A stretch of 64,000 bases of DNA, from positions 186,001 through 250,000 of the IMG/VR virus record IMGVR_UViG_3300032334_002567; one strand, 5' to 3'. The notes under the pieces are model-generated. The model was not told where the DNA came from, searched no databases, and worked only from the letters and a program-made list of their open reading frames with translations. The translations under genes and the position numbers were made by a program. Of the stretch, positions 46,306-57,412 are shown one piece after another (position 1 is the first letter of the stretch; each line of letters begins with the position of its first letter).

Positions 46306-48601
46306 ATGCTTGATTTGACCGGTCATGCTATGGATCACGGATGGTTTCCGCATAAACCCGAAACATGGAAATATAAATTTGCAACACTCCGCAAGCCAGT
46401 TGTTATGTTGCATTTGCAGAATTCTAAAGAAGTTGAAATTCCTGTTCCTGCTGGACAAACAGTGAAGCTCGTTATGGTGTCAAGATTTGGCGATGTTGGA
46501 GTCACCGAGGATCTAAATGCGGAGAACGGTTATGGAGTTCGACTGCCTTTAGACGATCTGTGTGATTGGAGAGCACAACCATAAATGAAACCTAAACTAA
46601 TTGAACTTTTGGAAGAAATCATTGAATCTGCTGATTCTTATTACATAGAATCAAATCCAAGCGTTCCAGTAATACTGGAAAAAATAGTTTTTAATGCTGC
46701 TAGTATGATTAAGATATTATCAAAGGATAATAAAAAAATATCTATCACAGAGGGTGACACTCTGGCAAATATCCGAACTACAGATTCTTATCGTGAAATG
46801 CCAAGTGGTCCGCCGCCTTCTTTATCTAAAAATGCAGAGATTAAGAGTTTGAAACTTACAGATAAAGAAATTGTGGCGATTGAGTGGTGTGTGGAGCAGT
46901 GGACAGGTATAAAAAGAGCAGAGACTCTCCGTAATCTATTAGAAAGAATAAAGAAAAATGAACGATAACAATGAAGTAGTTACTGTGACACTATCGCTTA
47001 CCAAACATCAGTGGAAAGACATTATCCAACATATTATGAACGACGCTAGTATGTTAGAAATGGGATTATGCGCCCAAGCTGGTCGTGATGCAGTAATGAG
47101 AATAACATCTAACGCACTAGAAATGGCAAACAAAATTAAAGATGCCACTGGTGTTGACGTAGACTTGGCAGAATGGAAATTTATGTATGGAGAAAGAATA
47201 AAGGATAAATAATGAATAACCTACCAGAAATAGACAAAATATCAGTAATGAATCTGAAACCAGACGATATACTAGTTTTTAGTACCTATGATAAAATAGC
47301 TAGTAGTGTTTATTCAAGAATAGATCAAAAAATAACCGATTGGAAAGCCCAAAACAATATAACAAACAAACATTTGATACTAACTTCTCTAAAACTAGAA
47401 GTATTATCAAAGGAACAGACTCAAAAACTGGAAAATAACTAATGACTAAAGAAAATGAACCTGTAGCATGGCACGTTTCCGATAAAAACGGTCAGGTGTG
47501 GGCTTGTGTTGAATCTGAGGATGAAGCACTTCAGATAGCTAGAGATTTCTCAAATACTGATGATAATCATATGGTATATTCGTCTTTTCCTGTTTATCGT
47601 CAGATAACCCTTACTGATGAGGAAATTGAGGCGATTGAGGCGGCTATTGACCGATTTAGAGATTGGGTCAATGGATTTGATGATGATGAACGTGCCACTA
47701 TCCTTCGTAATCTATTAGAAAGAATAAAGGATAATGAAAACTCTAATAACAATTGAAGTTGAAAATGAAATCGGCAATCCTTCTGTTGAAGAAGTAAAAT
47801 CCTTTGTTAAACAAATCTTAGAAAAAGGACTTGTTGGGAATTTTGACATATACAAGTATTGCCCAATGAGTGGAATATCGCTAAGAGTTTTAAGCACAGA
47901 AATTGAACGATTGAAACTTACAGATAAAGAAATTGAGGCGATGGCGTATTTTGCACATTTTTTCCCAGTATGTGCAGCAGAGATTGATGCAGCATCAGAC
48001 ATTCTTCGTAACCTATTAGAAAGAACAAAGGATAAATAATGATTACCTATAAAAATAAAAAGATCAAAATTTTACCCAAATCCGAATTACCAACAGTATT
48101 GGAAAAACATAACCAATCTGATATACAAGTTCCATTTCATCAGTATAATAATGATTTGATGGAGCATTTATGTTCTTTTGTGGACGATATGGAAAAGTAT
48201 GATCCTAAGAATGAATATGATACAGTTTACAGCTTTTATCATAATAATGAATGGGGAGTTATTGCGTTCAATCCAAATGTTCAACAAAATAAAACCTACT
48301 TAGTAAAGAGTACAAATGACCGAAACTAAACAAAAAAGCTGGACTGATCTTTTGGGCAAACCTCAAACATACGATCAGAGATTTTACAGGAGAATAAATA
48401 ATGACCCCAGAAGATATACATGATTTGCGATCAGTTGTTAATGAACAATTTGACTATATTAATAGACTCATGCCACTGGTTTATGCTGCAAACAAAGACC
48501 CTAAAGATTTTCAAACAATATATGAATCCATAGTAGATTGTAATAAAGTTATGATGGAGATAATTAATGGACCAAGTGGAACTATTGAGAAAATGATATG
48601 A
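46306..48601 (+). CDS. Array of small hypothetical genes (46306, 46585, 46958, 47212, 47442, 47734, 48039, 48401)
   Basis: Tightly coupled ORFs; three share an LTDxEI...LRNLLER C-terminus. Confidence 0.65.
46848..48041 (+). repeat. Dispersed direct repeats at gene 3' ends
   Basis: CGTAATCTATTAGAAAGAATAAAG at 46930 and 47706, variants at 48007 and 47191; TTGAAACTTACAGATAAAGAAATTG at about 46849 and 47911. Confidence 0.8.
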
Positions 48602-48770
48602 AAATACAAAATATTCCAAATTGGGAAAAAGATGATATAATTGCTTTGATAAACCATGATGGTGGAGTTATATCTTTTACACCCCCAAAGAATATGCCAG
48701 AAGGATGTAGTTGGGAAAAGATTCAAGAAAATGTAGTATAATTACTCAAATTAGTGCCCGAAATTCTACT

Positions 48771-50649
48771 ATGACTAAGCTAGATCAATTTATTTCAGAC
48801 TGTCCTAATTGCATTTCTCCTTGGAAATGTAATGGTCCTCATTTAGAAAAAGCATACGAGAACATTTATCGTAGCAAAGATGGGTATTACATGTTGTCTA
48901 AGACCACAAATATGTGGGTTTTTGTGGCTCACGAAGGCGAATACACAGCACAGAATTTGCTTGACATTGCAAACACACTCAGTATACTGAGTGAAGGATG
49001 TCACAAAGTTTAAATTTCAAAATTGAAAGTCAAAACATGAACGCTGAACTTGAACAAAAGCTTTTTGAAGAACACCCAGATTTGTTCCAAAACCGTCACA
49101 AATCTAGTCAAGAAAGCTGTATGGTCTGGGGCATAGAATTTGGTGATGGATGGTATGACCTCATAAAGAATGTGTGTGTTGAAATAACACGACATGAAAA
49201 AAATGTGACTAATGAAAAAGACGCTTATAGGTATAAAAAAGACTACGAACAGGTTAGATTTGATCAAACAAAACAAAAATTTGGTGGTTTAAGAATTTAT
49301 TACTCTGGTGGTGACGACCATATCAGAGGTGTAATTGATATGGCAGAAGCAATGAGCTACTGTATCTGTGAGGATTGTGGTAATAAAGGCACACCTAATA
49401 AAGGTGGTTGGATTACCACTCTTTGTGAAAATTGTAGGAGCAGAACAACGAAATAGATAATTGAGAACACATGAAAATTCAAATTAATAACGCAGAAATA
49501 ATAGATCTAACCACACCAGAACTATATGATTGTTGGCTTATAGATAAAGAAAGCTTTCATCATTGGTTAACTAGAAAGTCTAACCTAAAAATACCTCTAG
49601 AAGCGGATACTGGGACTTGGTTTTTCTCAGACAAAATATCTGGGGATAGAGTGTTTACTGTTGATTTAAAAGATTATATCGAATGGTGGAATCCTCTTGT
49701 TGCTTATATAAAAGCTCAACGTGTAGATAGCTACAAAATAATTGAAGAATCAATAGTTAATATAGAGTTTGAGACATATTTGAATAATTACCCAGAAGGA
49801 TATTGGGACTAAAACAACAGATTGGTGGAATTATGAACAAAAACATTATGAAAAAATGGATTAAAGCTCTTCGATCTGGCAAGTATAAGCAAGGCAGAGG
49901 AACTTTAAAACATTATGACACTAACGCACAAGCACGGCATTGTTGCTTAGGCGTTCTTTGTGAGCTGTATAACGATCAAATGAGAAAAGATGAAAAGAAA
50001 ACTTTGTCTGAAAAAACTCTTCATCATGATTCCTTTACTCATGGAGTAGTTGAATTTAGTAGAAACAGGGATTATTTGCCAAAAAAGGTTGTTGATTGGG
50101 CTGATATGAATGATAATCTTGGTTATTTTTATGATGAAAAAAATAAAGATAATTGCTTGTCTGATATGAACGATGACGGCAAAAAATTTAAAACAATAGC
50201 GAACATTATTGAGAAAAATTGGGAAAATATATGAAAAACATGATTGAATCTGAAGACTCTGATATCCGCCTACATAACCCAACATTAAAAGAATTGTCGA
50301 GAGCATGTGAGGATTTATGCCATAAATTGAGAGTACCATATGATCCGTATAAAATACGAGTCACTACAGACTATGGCGCCAAGGTGGTAATTTATTATGA
50401 TGGTGGTGGTGAGTTATTATGATAACAAAAACTAAAGACGTTCAACAACAATTGCTCTATCTTATCAGCAAAATAGAAAAGATAGAGGATTTGTGTAAAG
50501 AAGAAACTCTGGAACCATTCGGACCTTATCTTGACAGTATAGACTTTATGAAAGTGCTTGAGGGTAGTAAAAAGCTCTCATACTCAGATGGATTAGAGGC
50601 GGGGATATCTCACATGGCAAGTAAAATATTAAGGATACTCTACTCATGA
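48771..50649 (+). CDS. Six small hypothetical/conserved phage genes (48771, 49037, 49471, 49833, 50219, 50419)
   Basis: 49037 has GDGW...KQKFGGLR...CEDCG; 49833 has KWIKALRSGKYKQG; TTGACA-N16-TATACT at 48961. Confidence 0.65.
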
Positions 50650-50741
50650 ATTTACAGATTTTATATTTCATATTAATGGTAATGGAGAAGAATGGTATCA
50701 AATAAAGCTAAACAAATTCAACTATTGGAGTGTGTAGAAGT

Positions 50742-52199
50742 ATGAGAAAAGAAGAATTAGCCGTTGACCACATCATGTTGTTTGGTGGACTAGTTATATT
50801 TACAGCAGTATTATGTGCTCTTGTTCTTAATCCTATTCATAAAAAGAATGTAGAAAAGTTAAAATCAAACAAGCTAATAAACAGACAGAAAATTACCATC
50901 GACAATATTGTTGGTACCGTAGAAAGCATTCATCCTTGGGGACGTACAGAAATTGTTCCCATGAAGAGTATCGAATTAGAATATTTTGAATATGATGATC
51001 AATGGGTTATGTATGGTGATGTTGTTCAACCAGTTGGTCGCAAAGATTATTTTATGCCGGTCATGAAGGGCAGACTAAATCTTGATGTTAAAGAAATGAC
51101 TCAAACATGGATTGAATATGGTAGCTATGCTACTGGTCTTGATAAGGAAGCAGAAACTTATGAAGATTTTAGATTAGCTCATATCAAAGTCAAGCAGGGT
51201 AAAATTATTGATATACAATACTCTCATTATAGATTACTATCAAATAATACTTGGAGCATAATAGCGTCGTGGAAAGCAAAAATATAGAAGTTAAAGTGAT
51301 TGAATGGTTTGCGGAGGTGCGCAAGCCGCTGACCGTATTATGTTTTTTAATTTTGTGCGTCCCTATACCTGTTTTGGGTGAGAATTATATTTCACTTAAA
51401 AAAGATTTAGTAGTTACTGTTGACCAAGACTATATCGATTTACCTGTAATTTCGATTGATAGCGAAAAAATAGAAAGCAGAATTGGATACGGCATTTATT
51501 TTGAGTCTTGGTCATCTAAATCTTATGTTTGCCGTATTCATCTAAACAGAAATATAGATAAAATTAAAAAAGACACCGTAATTGTTTTAAATGGTAAATA
51601 TGAGATTGAAAAGACTTCTTCTGGTATGTTTGCACACAAGTTCTTCGTAAAAGAGCCGAAAGAAATAAGCTATATAGCCTGCGGTGTTTATGTAGACTAC
51701 TATAGAAGTCTTTTGGGCGAAAAAGTGCGACTGATATCCAGAACTTTTCCAGATGATTTTAAATAAACAGTATTTGACTTTATGCTTGCTTAATTGTATA
51801 CTAAGCACTTTAATTCACGTCAAAAAGGAGTTTCAAATGAAAAGATTGTTTTTTCTTTCTTTTATTGTTGGATGTGGAGTTTCCTCTAAGCCCGCCAAAG
51901 AAATTATAGTCGAGACTCAGCCGACAGTTGTAGTAGAGCAATCTGTTGTAGAGAATGAAACTCCAGATTTGCAAAGGATTGCTTATGATATTGGATACAA
52001 AAGAGGATACAAAAATTTTACGAGTCAGATGAACCTTGAGCCAACTGTTGAGTCTAAAGAATTTGCTTACACGGTTAAAAAGGAAGACGAAGCAATTTTA
52101 GAAACAGAAGCATATCAAGATATTATGATGAAAGGCTATGTAGATGGCTATCATAAAGCGGGTGAATCGATGGTACAAGGTTGCCCAAGAAAGAATTAA
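50742..52199 (+). CDS. Three membrane/secreted hypothetical proteins (50742-51287, 51251-51766, 51837-52199 lipoprotein-like)
   Basis: N-terminal hydrophobic segments; IVGC lipobox in the last. Confidence 0.55.
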
Positions 52200-52201
52200 C
52201 A

Positions 52202-52960
52202 ATGTTAAGAAGCCGAATTAATTATTGGGGTTGTTCTAAATTTGCCGATTGGATTCGGGGCGAAAAGAAACCATTCGCTCTTGAATGGGGCAAGTGGGAA
52301 GAGTGGAAAGAAGAGCAAAGCAGAAAGAGACCAATTCGTTTTTGGATATCAGATACTCTGTTGAATAAAATCCAAAATTTTATCTTTTATCCTTCTGATG
52401 TTTGGAATGAAATTAGACACTACTATTACAACAGGTTTGTTTCTAAAACTCATTATCTCAAAACAGGATTGAAACCCGGAAGATACCATGAACTAGATGA
52501 AAGAATAATTCATGGATTGTTCAACGAGTTAGTTGATTTCGTGGAATGCGAACAAGCATGGATGAACCACATCTGTAGTGAAAACAAAAACTTTAAGTTC
52601 AAAAAAGGCAGATGCCCAGAAGCAGGAATAGATTATCTTAATTGGGCCATTTCACTTAAAAATGACGAAGATAGTGGTTTTGAAAAGGGAGATAAAGATT
52701 ATGGCACACCAAGTCGCCAATCCATAGCAGCACAGAAAATTCTTGATATTTATAATTGGTGGAAGTTTGAACGCCCTAACAGAAAAGACCCTATGGAAGT
52801 CAGTGGTTGGAGTGATTATTATGACAACAAAGGCAACTACACAAAAAAACAACAATCAGCAATTCTAAAAAAGCTTGATAAGGTTGAAGTATCATACAAT
52901 CAAGAAGACGAAGACATGATGATAGAGCTAATAAAGATTCGCAGCAGTTTGTGGACTTAA
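52202..52960 (+). CDS. Conserved phage hypothetical protein
   Basis: LFNELVDFVE...YNWW...RP...LIKIRSSLWT. Confidence 0.7.
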   Translation: MLRSRINYWGCSKFADWIRGEKKPFALEWGKWEEWKEEQSRKRPIRFWISDTLLNKIQNFIFYPSDVWNEIRHYYYNRFVSKTHYLKTGLKPGRYHELDERIIHGLFNELVDFVECEQAWMNHICSENKNFKFKKGRCPEAGIDYLNWAISLKNDEDSGFEKGDKDYGTPSRQSIAAQKILDIYNWWKFERPNRKDPMEVSGWSDYYDNKGNYTKKQQSAILKKLDKVEVSYNQEDEDMMIELIKIRSSLWT

Positions 52961-54123
52961 ACTAAACTTTCTTCAATAAGCTCTGGACACTCTAATCCCG
53001 TCCATATATCTTTATTTCCTTCGACTCTGCTTCTCATTAGTTTAATTCTTTCTCTGCGAATCTTCTCCATCAAATCTCCAGAAGAAGCAACATTTTTACT
53101 AATTATTTCTTGCTCTCTTTTTCTCAATCCATTGATCTTTTTAACTTCAATGCTTGAAATCTTTATTTTTAACCTAACTAAATTCGATATAACTCTTCGG
53201 TTGTTTACAGGAAACTTTGCATTAGCCTTGTTCCAAAGTATCATTAGATCGTTCGGTGTCTTGCCAGCCCAGTTGCTCAAAAGAAAACTCTTGAATCTTT
53301 CCTGAACATCCATTGGCAATCCGACTATTTTTAATTTTTTTGCGAGACCAAGTCTGCAAAGTTTCTTTTGAATTGCATTTAAAGTATAGGGCAATATCTT
53401 TAAGTTAAAAACTACACGAGCAGATTTGCCTTGATTGTGTAAATCATGCAATAAGTTAATATGCTCAATAGGCCATTCTGGGCGACTTGGTTTTGTCTCA
53501 ACCAATCCCAATCGAATCATCTTGCTCTTAATTGCACTTTTGGATCTATTTGAGCGAACTTTACCACACTTTAAATTTTCTATTTCTTCATTTGACCAAA
53601 CTTTCGTTCTCTTTAATCCCATCCTATAAAGTTTTAGTTTAACGCTTTCTTTACTACGGCCGGGAACTTGAGGAATAATACCATCCGCATCAGAATAGTT
53701 TTTTAAGATTTCTAACTCTGACTTTTTCCATTTTCTGCCCTTCAGCAGGCCAAGTGAAGCCATTTTTAATCTAACTGCATAGTCAGTTCTACCCGCTATT
53801 TGTGGTATTTTTCCTTGGCTGTTTCGGATGATGGCTACTTCTTCATCCGTCCAATATTGGCTTTTGATTAGCTTTAAACGATACATTCTTCTTTTAATAG
53901 AAGCTTGGCTTTTTCCCTTTATTTCTGGGATTATTCCTTTAGACGCTGCCTCTTTAAGAATTTCAATTTCTTTATTGTTCCAAACTCTTGAGTTAAGCAA
54001 CCCAAGACGTAGCATTTTATTTCTTACATATCTTCTTTCTCGTCCTTTAATATTCGGGACAATATCTTTAGAGCTGGCTCTTTCGAGGATTTTTATTTCC
54101 TCTACAGTCCATTTCGCCACCAT
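52957..54123 (-). CDS. Tandem Myb/SANT-like repeat protein
   Basis: About six W[TNSK]xxExxIL...GR[ST]...K...LGL units; GGAGG RBS; TTGCAA-N16-TATACT at 54193-54166. Confidence 0.72.
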   Translation of the reverse strand: MVAKWTVEEIKILERASSKDIVPNIKGRERRYVRNKMLRLGLLNSRVWNNKEIEILKEAASKGIIPEIKGKSQASIKRRMYRLKLIKSQYWTDEEVAIIRNSQGKIPQIAGRTDYAVRLKMASLGLLKGRKWKKSELEILKNYSDADGIIPQVPGRSKESVKLKLYRMGLKRTKVWSNEEIENLKCGKVRSNRSKSAIKSKMIRLGLVETKPSRPEWPIEHINLLHDLHNQGKSARVVFNLKILPYTLNAIQKKLCRLGLAKKLKIVGLPMDVQERFKSFLLSNWAGKTPNDLMILWNKANAKFPVNNRRVISNLVRLKIKISSIEVKKINGLRKREQEIISKNVASSGDLMEKIRRERIKLMRSRVEGNKDIWTGLECPELIEESLV

Positions 54124-54274
54124 AAAACACCTCCATGCTCTTAGCGTCTACAAGTTGGAATGATTAGTATAGCAAACTAATTCTTTTTTGCAACTAATAA
54201 TATAACAAATTTTAGATTAGAATGTCTTGACTAAAGATCAATTTTTCATTATATTTGTCACCAAAGGAAAAAAT

Positions 54275-54631
54275 ATGCCAAGCAACAGATACGACTCAAT
54301 AAAATACTACATTGAACCAAACGCAAAAGAAATACTTCACCCAGAAGAAGTTGATAAACTTGTTAAGTTTATGGTGGATGAAATTTTTGATCGCAACTGG
54401 AACGGTCAAGGAACACTTGTAAGCAGATGTTTTACAGATGATGATCAAGTAATTTATGTCTTAGCAATGGAAGCAAAAGGCAAAGGTTTTGATTATGTCA
54501 TTCTTCTTACTAGAAAAGACCTACAATATAGCCACAACGGCCACAGCCCAGAATTATCTAAGCTTCTAGACGACTATGATGAAAAACATTCTAAAAATCA
54601 GGTCGCAACAAAAAAATTAAGCGACTTGTGA
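54275..54631 (+). CDS. Hypothetical protein
   Basis: AAGGA RBS before MPSNRYD. Confidence 0.6.
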   Translation: MPSNRYDSIKYYIEPNAKEILHPEEVDKLVKFMVDEIFDRNWNGQGTLVSRCFTDDDQVIYVLAMEAKGKGFDYVILLTRKDLQYSHNGHSPELSKLLDDYDEKHSKNQVATKKLSDL

Positions 54632-54632
54632 A

Positions 54633-55289
54633 TCATCTGGAAGGAAAAACAAACTCTTCTTTTAATACTATGACGCCGGGAGGCAGATCCCAGAAATCCC
54701 ATAGGTTTGAATGTATGTCTTTAGTTTGAAACATTAGTTCGTGCGTCTTCATATTATCTGAAGTTCGTTGAACTATCTTTTGGATTTTTTCTCTAGCTAT
54801 CCCAGAATTTAATTGATCCGTTATATACAGCCTCATTGCTGCTTGTTCTATGCGTTTATTTCTCCAACACAGATATCCACAAAAATATGGTTCTTCACAC
54901 CACTCACAGTAATTGTTTTTTTTAAGCTTTAAAATATATTTTTCGCCAACATCTAGTTCAGTTTTAATTGAGCACATATCATTCTTAGACGAATATAATA
55001 TTTCAAATCCTTTTGGGAATCTATCTTCTTTATTTAAGAACCAAATAGAAGGGATGTTGCCTTCTTCATCTGTTACGCAAAAATATTCTGATAATATTTC
55101 TCCACATCTTAATGCTATTTCTGTGTCATTGTGATTTAAGTTTGCCCTTAAAGCTGGTACCGCTTTAAACCCAAGCTTTTTAAGTTCCCCAGAAGCAATT
55201 TCTCTTTCTTTATACTCTTCTTTACCAAGATCATTAATTAATTGATCTAGATTAATTTGGCAAAACAACAAAATTAAGAGCATTAACAT
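54633..55289 (-). CDS. Secreted protein with HEAT-like helical domain
   Basis: LINDLGKEEYKEREIASGELKKLG.KAVPALR. Confidence 0.6.
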   Translation of the reverse strand: MLMLLILLFCQINLDQLINDLGKEEYKEREIASGELKKLGFKAVPALRANLNHNDTEIALRCGEILSEYFCVTDEEGNIPSIWFLNKEDRFPKGFEILYSSKNDMCSIKTELDVGEKYILKLKKNNYCEWCEEPYFCGYLCWRNKRIEQAAMRLYITDQLNSGIAREKIQKIVQRTSDNMKTHELMFQTKDIHSNLWDFWDLPPGVIVLKEEFVFPSR

Positions 55290-55337
55290 TGTAATTTATA
55301 TACTATCATAATATATCTAAATTAACAGGGGAAATAA

Positions 55338-56762
55338 ATGCCATATAGACGTTATTCAATATTAAAAGGACCAGCAGAAGACAATAAAACATTAATACAA
55401 AATATTGCTAGCCCCAAGACTTCTGGGCCTTATTTGCCTATGGAACTAGCTACTATTTATAATTTTCCATCTGGCTTCAATGGCTCGGGTCAAAAAGTAG
55501 CATTTATTGAATTAGGCGGTGGATTTGTACAGTCTGATTTAGATGCCTTTTTTGCTTCTTTTGGAATAACCGCACCTACTGTTCAATTTGTTTCTGTAAA
55601 CGGTGCACAGAACCTTCCAACAAATGCAAATTCTGATGACGTAGAAGTAATGTTAGATTTAGCTGTTACTATTGGAGTCGCTCCCGGTATAACTCCAATT
55701 GTTTATATGGCTCCTAATTCGATTCAAGGGTTTGTAGGAGCTATAAATAGAGCTGTAACAGACGCAGTAAACATTATAAGTATATCGTGGGGAGCACCAG
55801 AGCCCTATTGGAATAATACTGAATTAGCTATGATGAATGCAGCTTTTCAAGCTGCTGTTAATGCTGGGATATCTGTCTTTACTGCCTCCGGAGACGCAGG
55901 AGCTAGCGATGGTTTAAGTGGCTTGAATGTTGATTTTCCAGGCAGTTCTCCTTTTGTGACTAGTTGTGGTGGTACAACTTTAAATGCTAGTCAAAATACT
56001 TACTTATCAGAAACTGTTTGGAATAATTCTACTTATTCTTCAACAGGTGGTGGATTGAGTGCGAAATTTGGACTCCCCACATATCAGATTAATGCGGGAG
56101 TAAAGAATAATACAGGAGCAAATTCGGTAAGAAGAGGCGTTCCAGACGTTGCAGGAAATGCAGACCCAGATACTGGCATAATAGTTCCTGTTGATGGTGC
56201 CAATTACATTGTAGGCGGCACAAGTGCTGTGGCTCCTTTATGGGCAGGGCTCACGGCCGTTCTTAATCAAGGTTTGGGTAGGAATTTAGGTTTCTTGAAT
56301 CCAATAATATATCCTTTATTTTTAGATCATCGAGGCGACCCTGCTACACCGCTTCACGATATTACCTTAGGCAACAACAATGGCTATACAGCTAAATCTG
56401 GCTGGGACGCTTGCACCGGTTGTGGAAGTCCCAATGCACAAGTTCTTTATAATCTACTTTCTTCTTCACCTACTCCAACCCCCACCCCCACAGCAACACC
56501 AACTCCCACTCCAACAAGAACAAGAACTCCTACCCCCACTCCAACAAGAACAAGAACTCCTACCCCAACTCCAACAAGAACAAGAACTCCTACCCCAACT
56601 CCAACAAGAACCCCAATTCCAACAAGAACACCAACCCCTACACCAACTAGAACAAGAACACCGACGCCAACTCCAAGGTCTACAAGAACTCCAACACCCA
56701 CCCCAAGGGTCATGAGAACACCAGCTCCAAGAATACTCAAGAAAAAAAGAGATTCAAAATGA
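55338..56762 (+). CDS. Peptidase S53 (sedolisin/kumamolisin-like) with Pro/Thr/Arg tail
   Basis: [44 protein letters not shown]. Confidence 0.93.
   Translation: MPYRRYSILKGPAEDNKTLIQNIASPKTSGPYLPMELATIYNFPSGFNGSGQKVAFIELGGGFVQSDLDAFFASFGITAPTVQFVSVNGAQNLPTNANSDDVEVMLDLAVTIGVAPGITPIVYMAPNSIQGFVGAINRAVTDAVNIISISWGAPEPYWNNTELAMMNAAFQAAVNAGISVFTASGDAGASDGLSGLNVDFPGSSPFVTSCGGTTLNASQNTYLSETVWNNSTYSSTGGGLSAKFGLPTYQINAGVKNNTGANSVRRGVPDVAGNADPDTGIIVPVDGANYIVGGTSAVAPLWAGLTAVLNQGLGRNLGFLNPIIYPLFLDHRGDPATPLHDITLGNNNGYTAKSGWDACTGCGSPNAQVLYNLLSSSPTPTPTPTATPTPTPTRTRTPTPTPTRTRTPTPTPTRTRTPTPTPTRTPIPTRTPTPTPTRTRTPTPTPRSTRTPTPTPRVMRTPAPRILKKKRDSK
56468..56730 (+). repeat. Coding tandem repeats (30-bp [10 protein letters not shown] units)
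   Basis: ACTCCAACAAGAACAAGAACTCCTACCCC[CA] repeated from 56508. Confidence 0.9.
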
Positions 56763-57412
56763 AAAAATATATCGCTATTTTATCGCTGTTACTAATTATT
56801 ATTATTGGATATTTCTGCATAGAAAATCACGAATCATATAGCAAAGAAGAAATTACTTTCACTATAGACAAACCCTATTTATCAACAGTAAAGGGTCTAG
56901 CAACAAAGAACTCTTTAGAGAAAATGGTAGAAGAAAATGATGGTATGCTTGTTTACAAGAACTGGGAGAATTTTGATATTGAAGTGCCCCAAAGAATATT
57001 GAGAATAAAAGAATATAAAGTACATGGCAAACTCAGATTTACGGTAGAAAAAACAGATCATGATCTTGGACAAATTAAATTACCATTTATACAAGAAATA
57101 CATTTAGACAACCACATCTTTGACATAAGCACTAAACTAGTTTCACCACAAAAACACGTACCATCCTACAACAAGACCATACAAATAAGTCCGCTCTTTG
57201 AAGACAACAATAAGATCGCTCAAAAAACTCATGTAAAAATAAGCAGTGAACTTAAGATAAAGAAATTAATACCAATATTTTTCAAAAAATTTATGGACGA
57301 TAAGGTAGAGCAAACCAACCAAAAAGATATAGACCAACTCAAGAACAATATATTAAATATATCTAATCAAAAAAGTATATTAACTTTTAAGCTACAACCT
57401 CAAGGGATTTAG
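56759..57412 (+). CDS. Membrane-anchored hypothetical protein
   Basis: N-terminal hydrophobic helix; ATGA-coupled to the peptidase. Confidence 0.65.
   Translation: MKKYIAILSLLLIIIIGYFCIENHESYSKEEITFTIDKPYLSTVKGLATKNSLEKMVEENDGMLVYKNWENFDIEVPQRILRIKEYKVHGKLRFTVEKTDHDLGQIKLPFIQEIHLDNHIFDISTKLVSPQKHVPSYNKTIQISPLFEDNNKIAQKTHVKISSELKIKKLIPIFFKKFMDDKVEQTNQKDIDQLKNNILNISNQKSILTFKLQPQGI

Noticed and set aside
46848-48041. CRISPR, integron attC or DGR interpretation of the dispersed repeats
   Set aside because: Repeats are in-frame coding ends, irregularly spaced, not palindromic; no integrase or reverse transcriptase in the window
56380-56740. Gln-rich and Val/Gly-rich alternative ORFs (also 63561-63824)
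   Set aside because: Shadow frames of the Pro/Thr repeats
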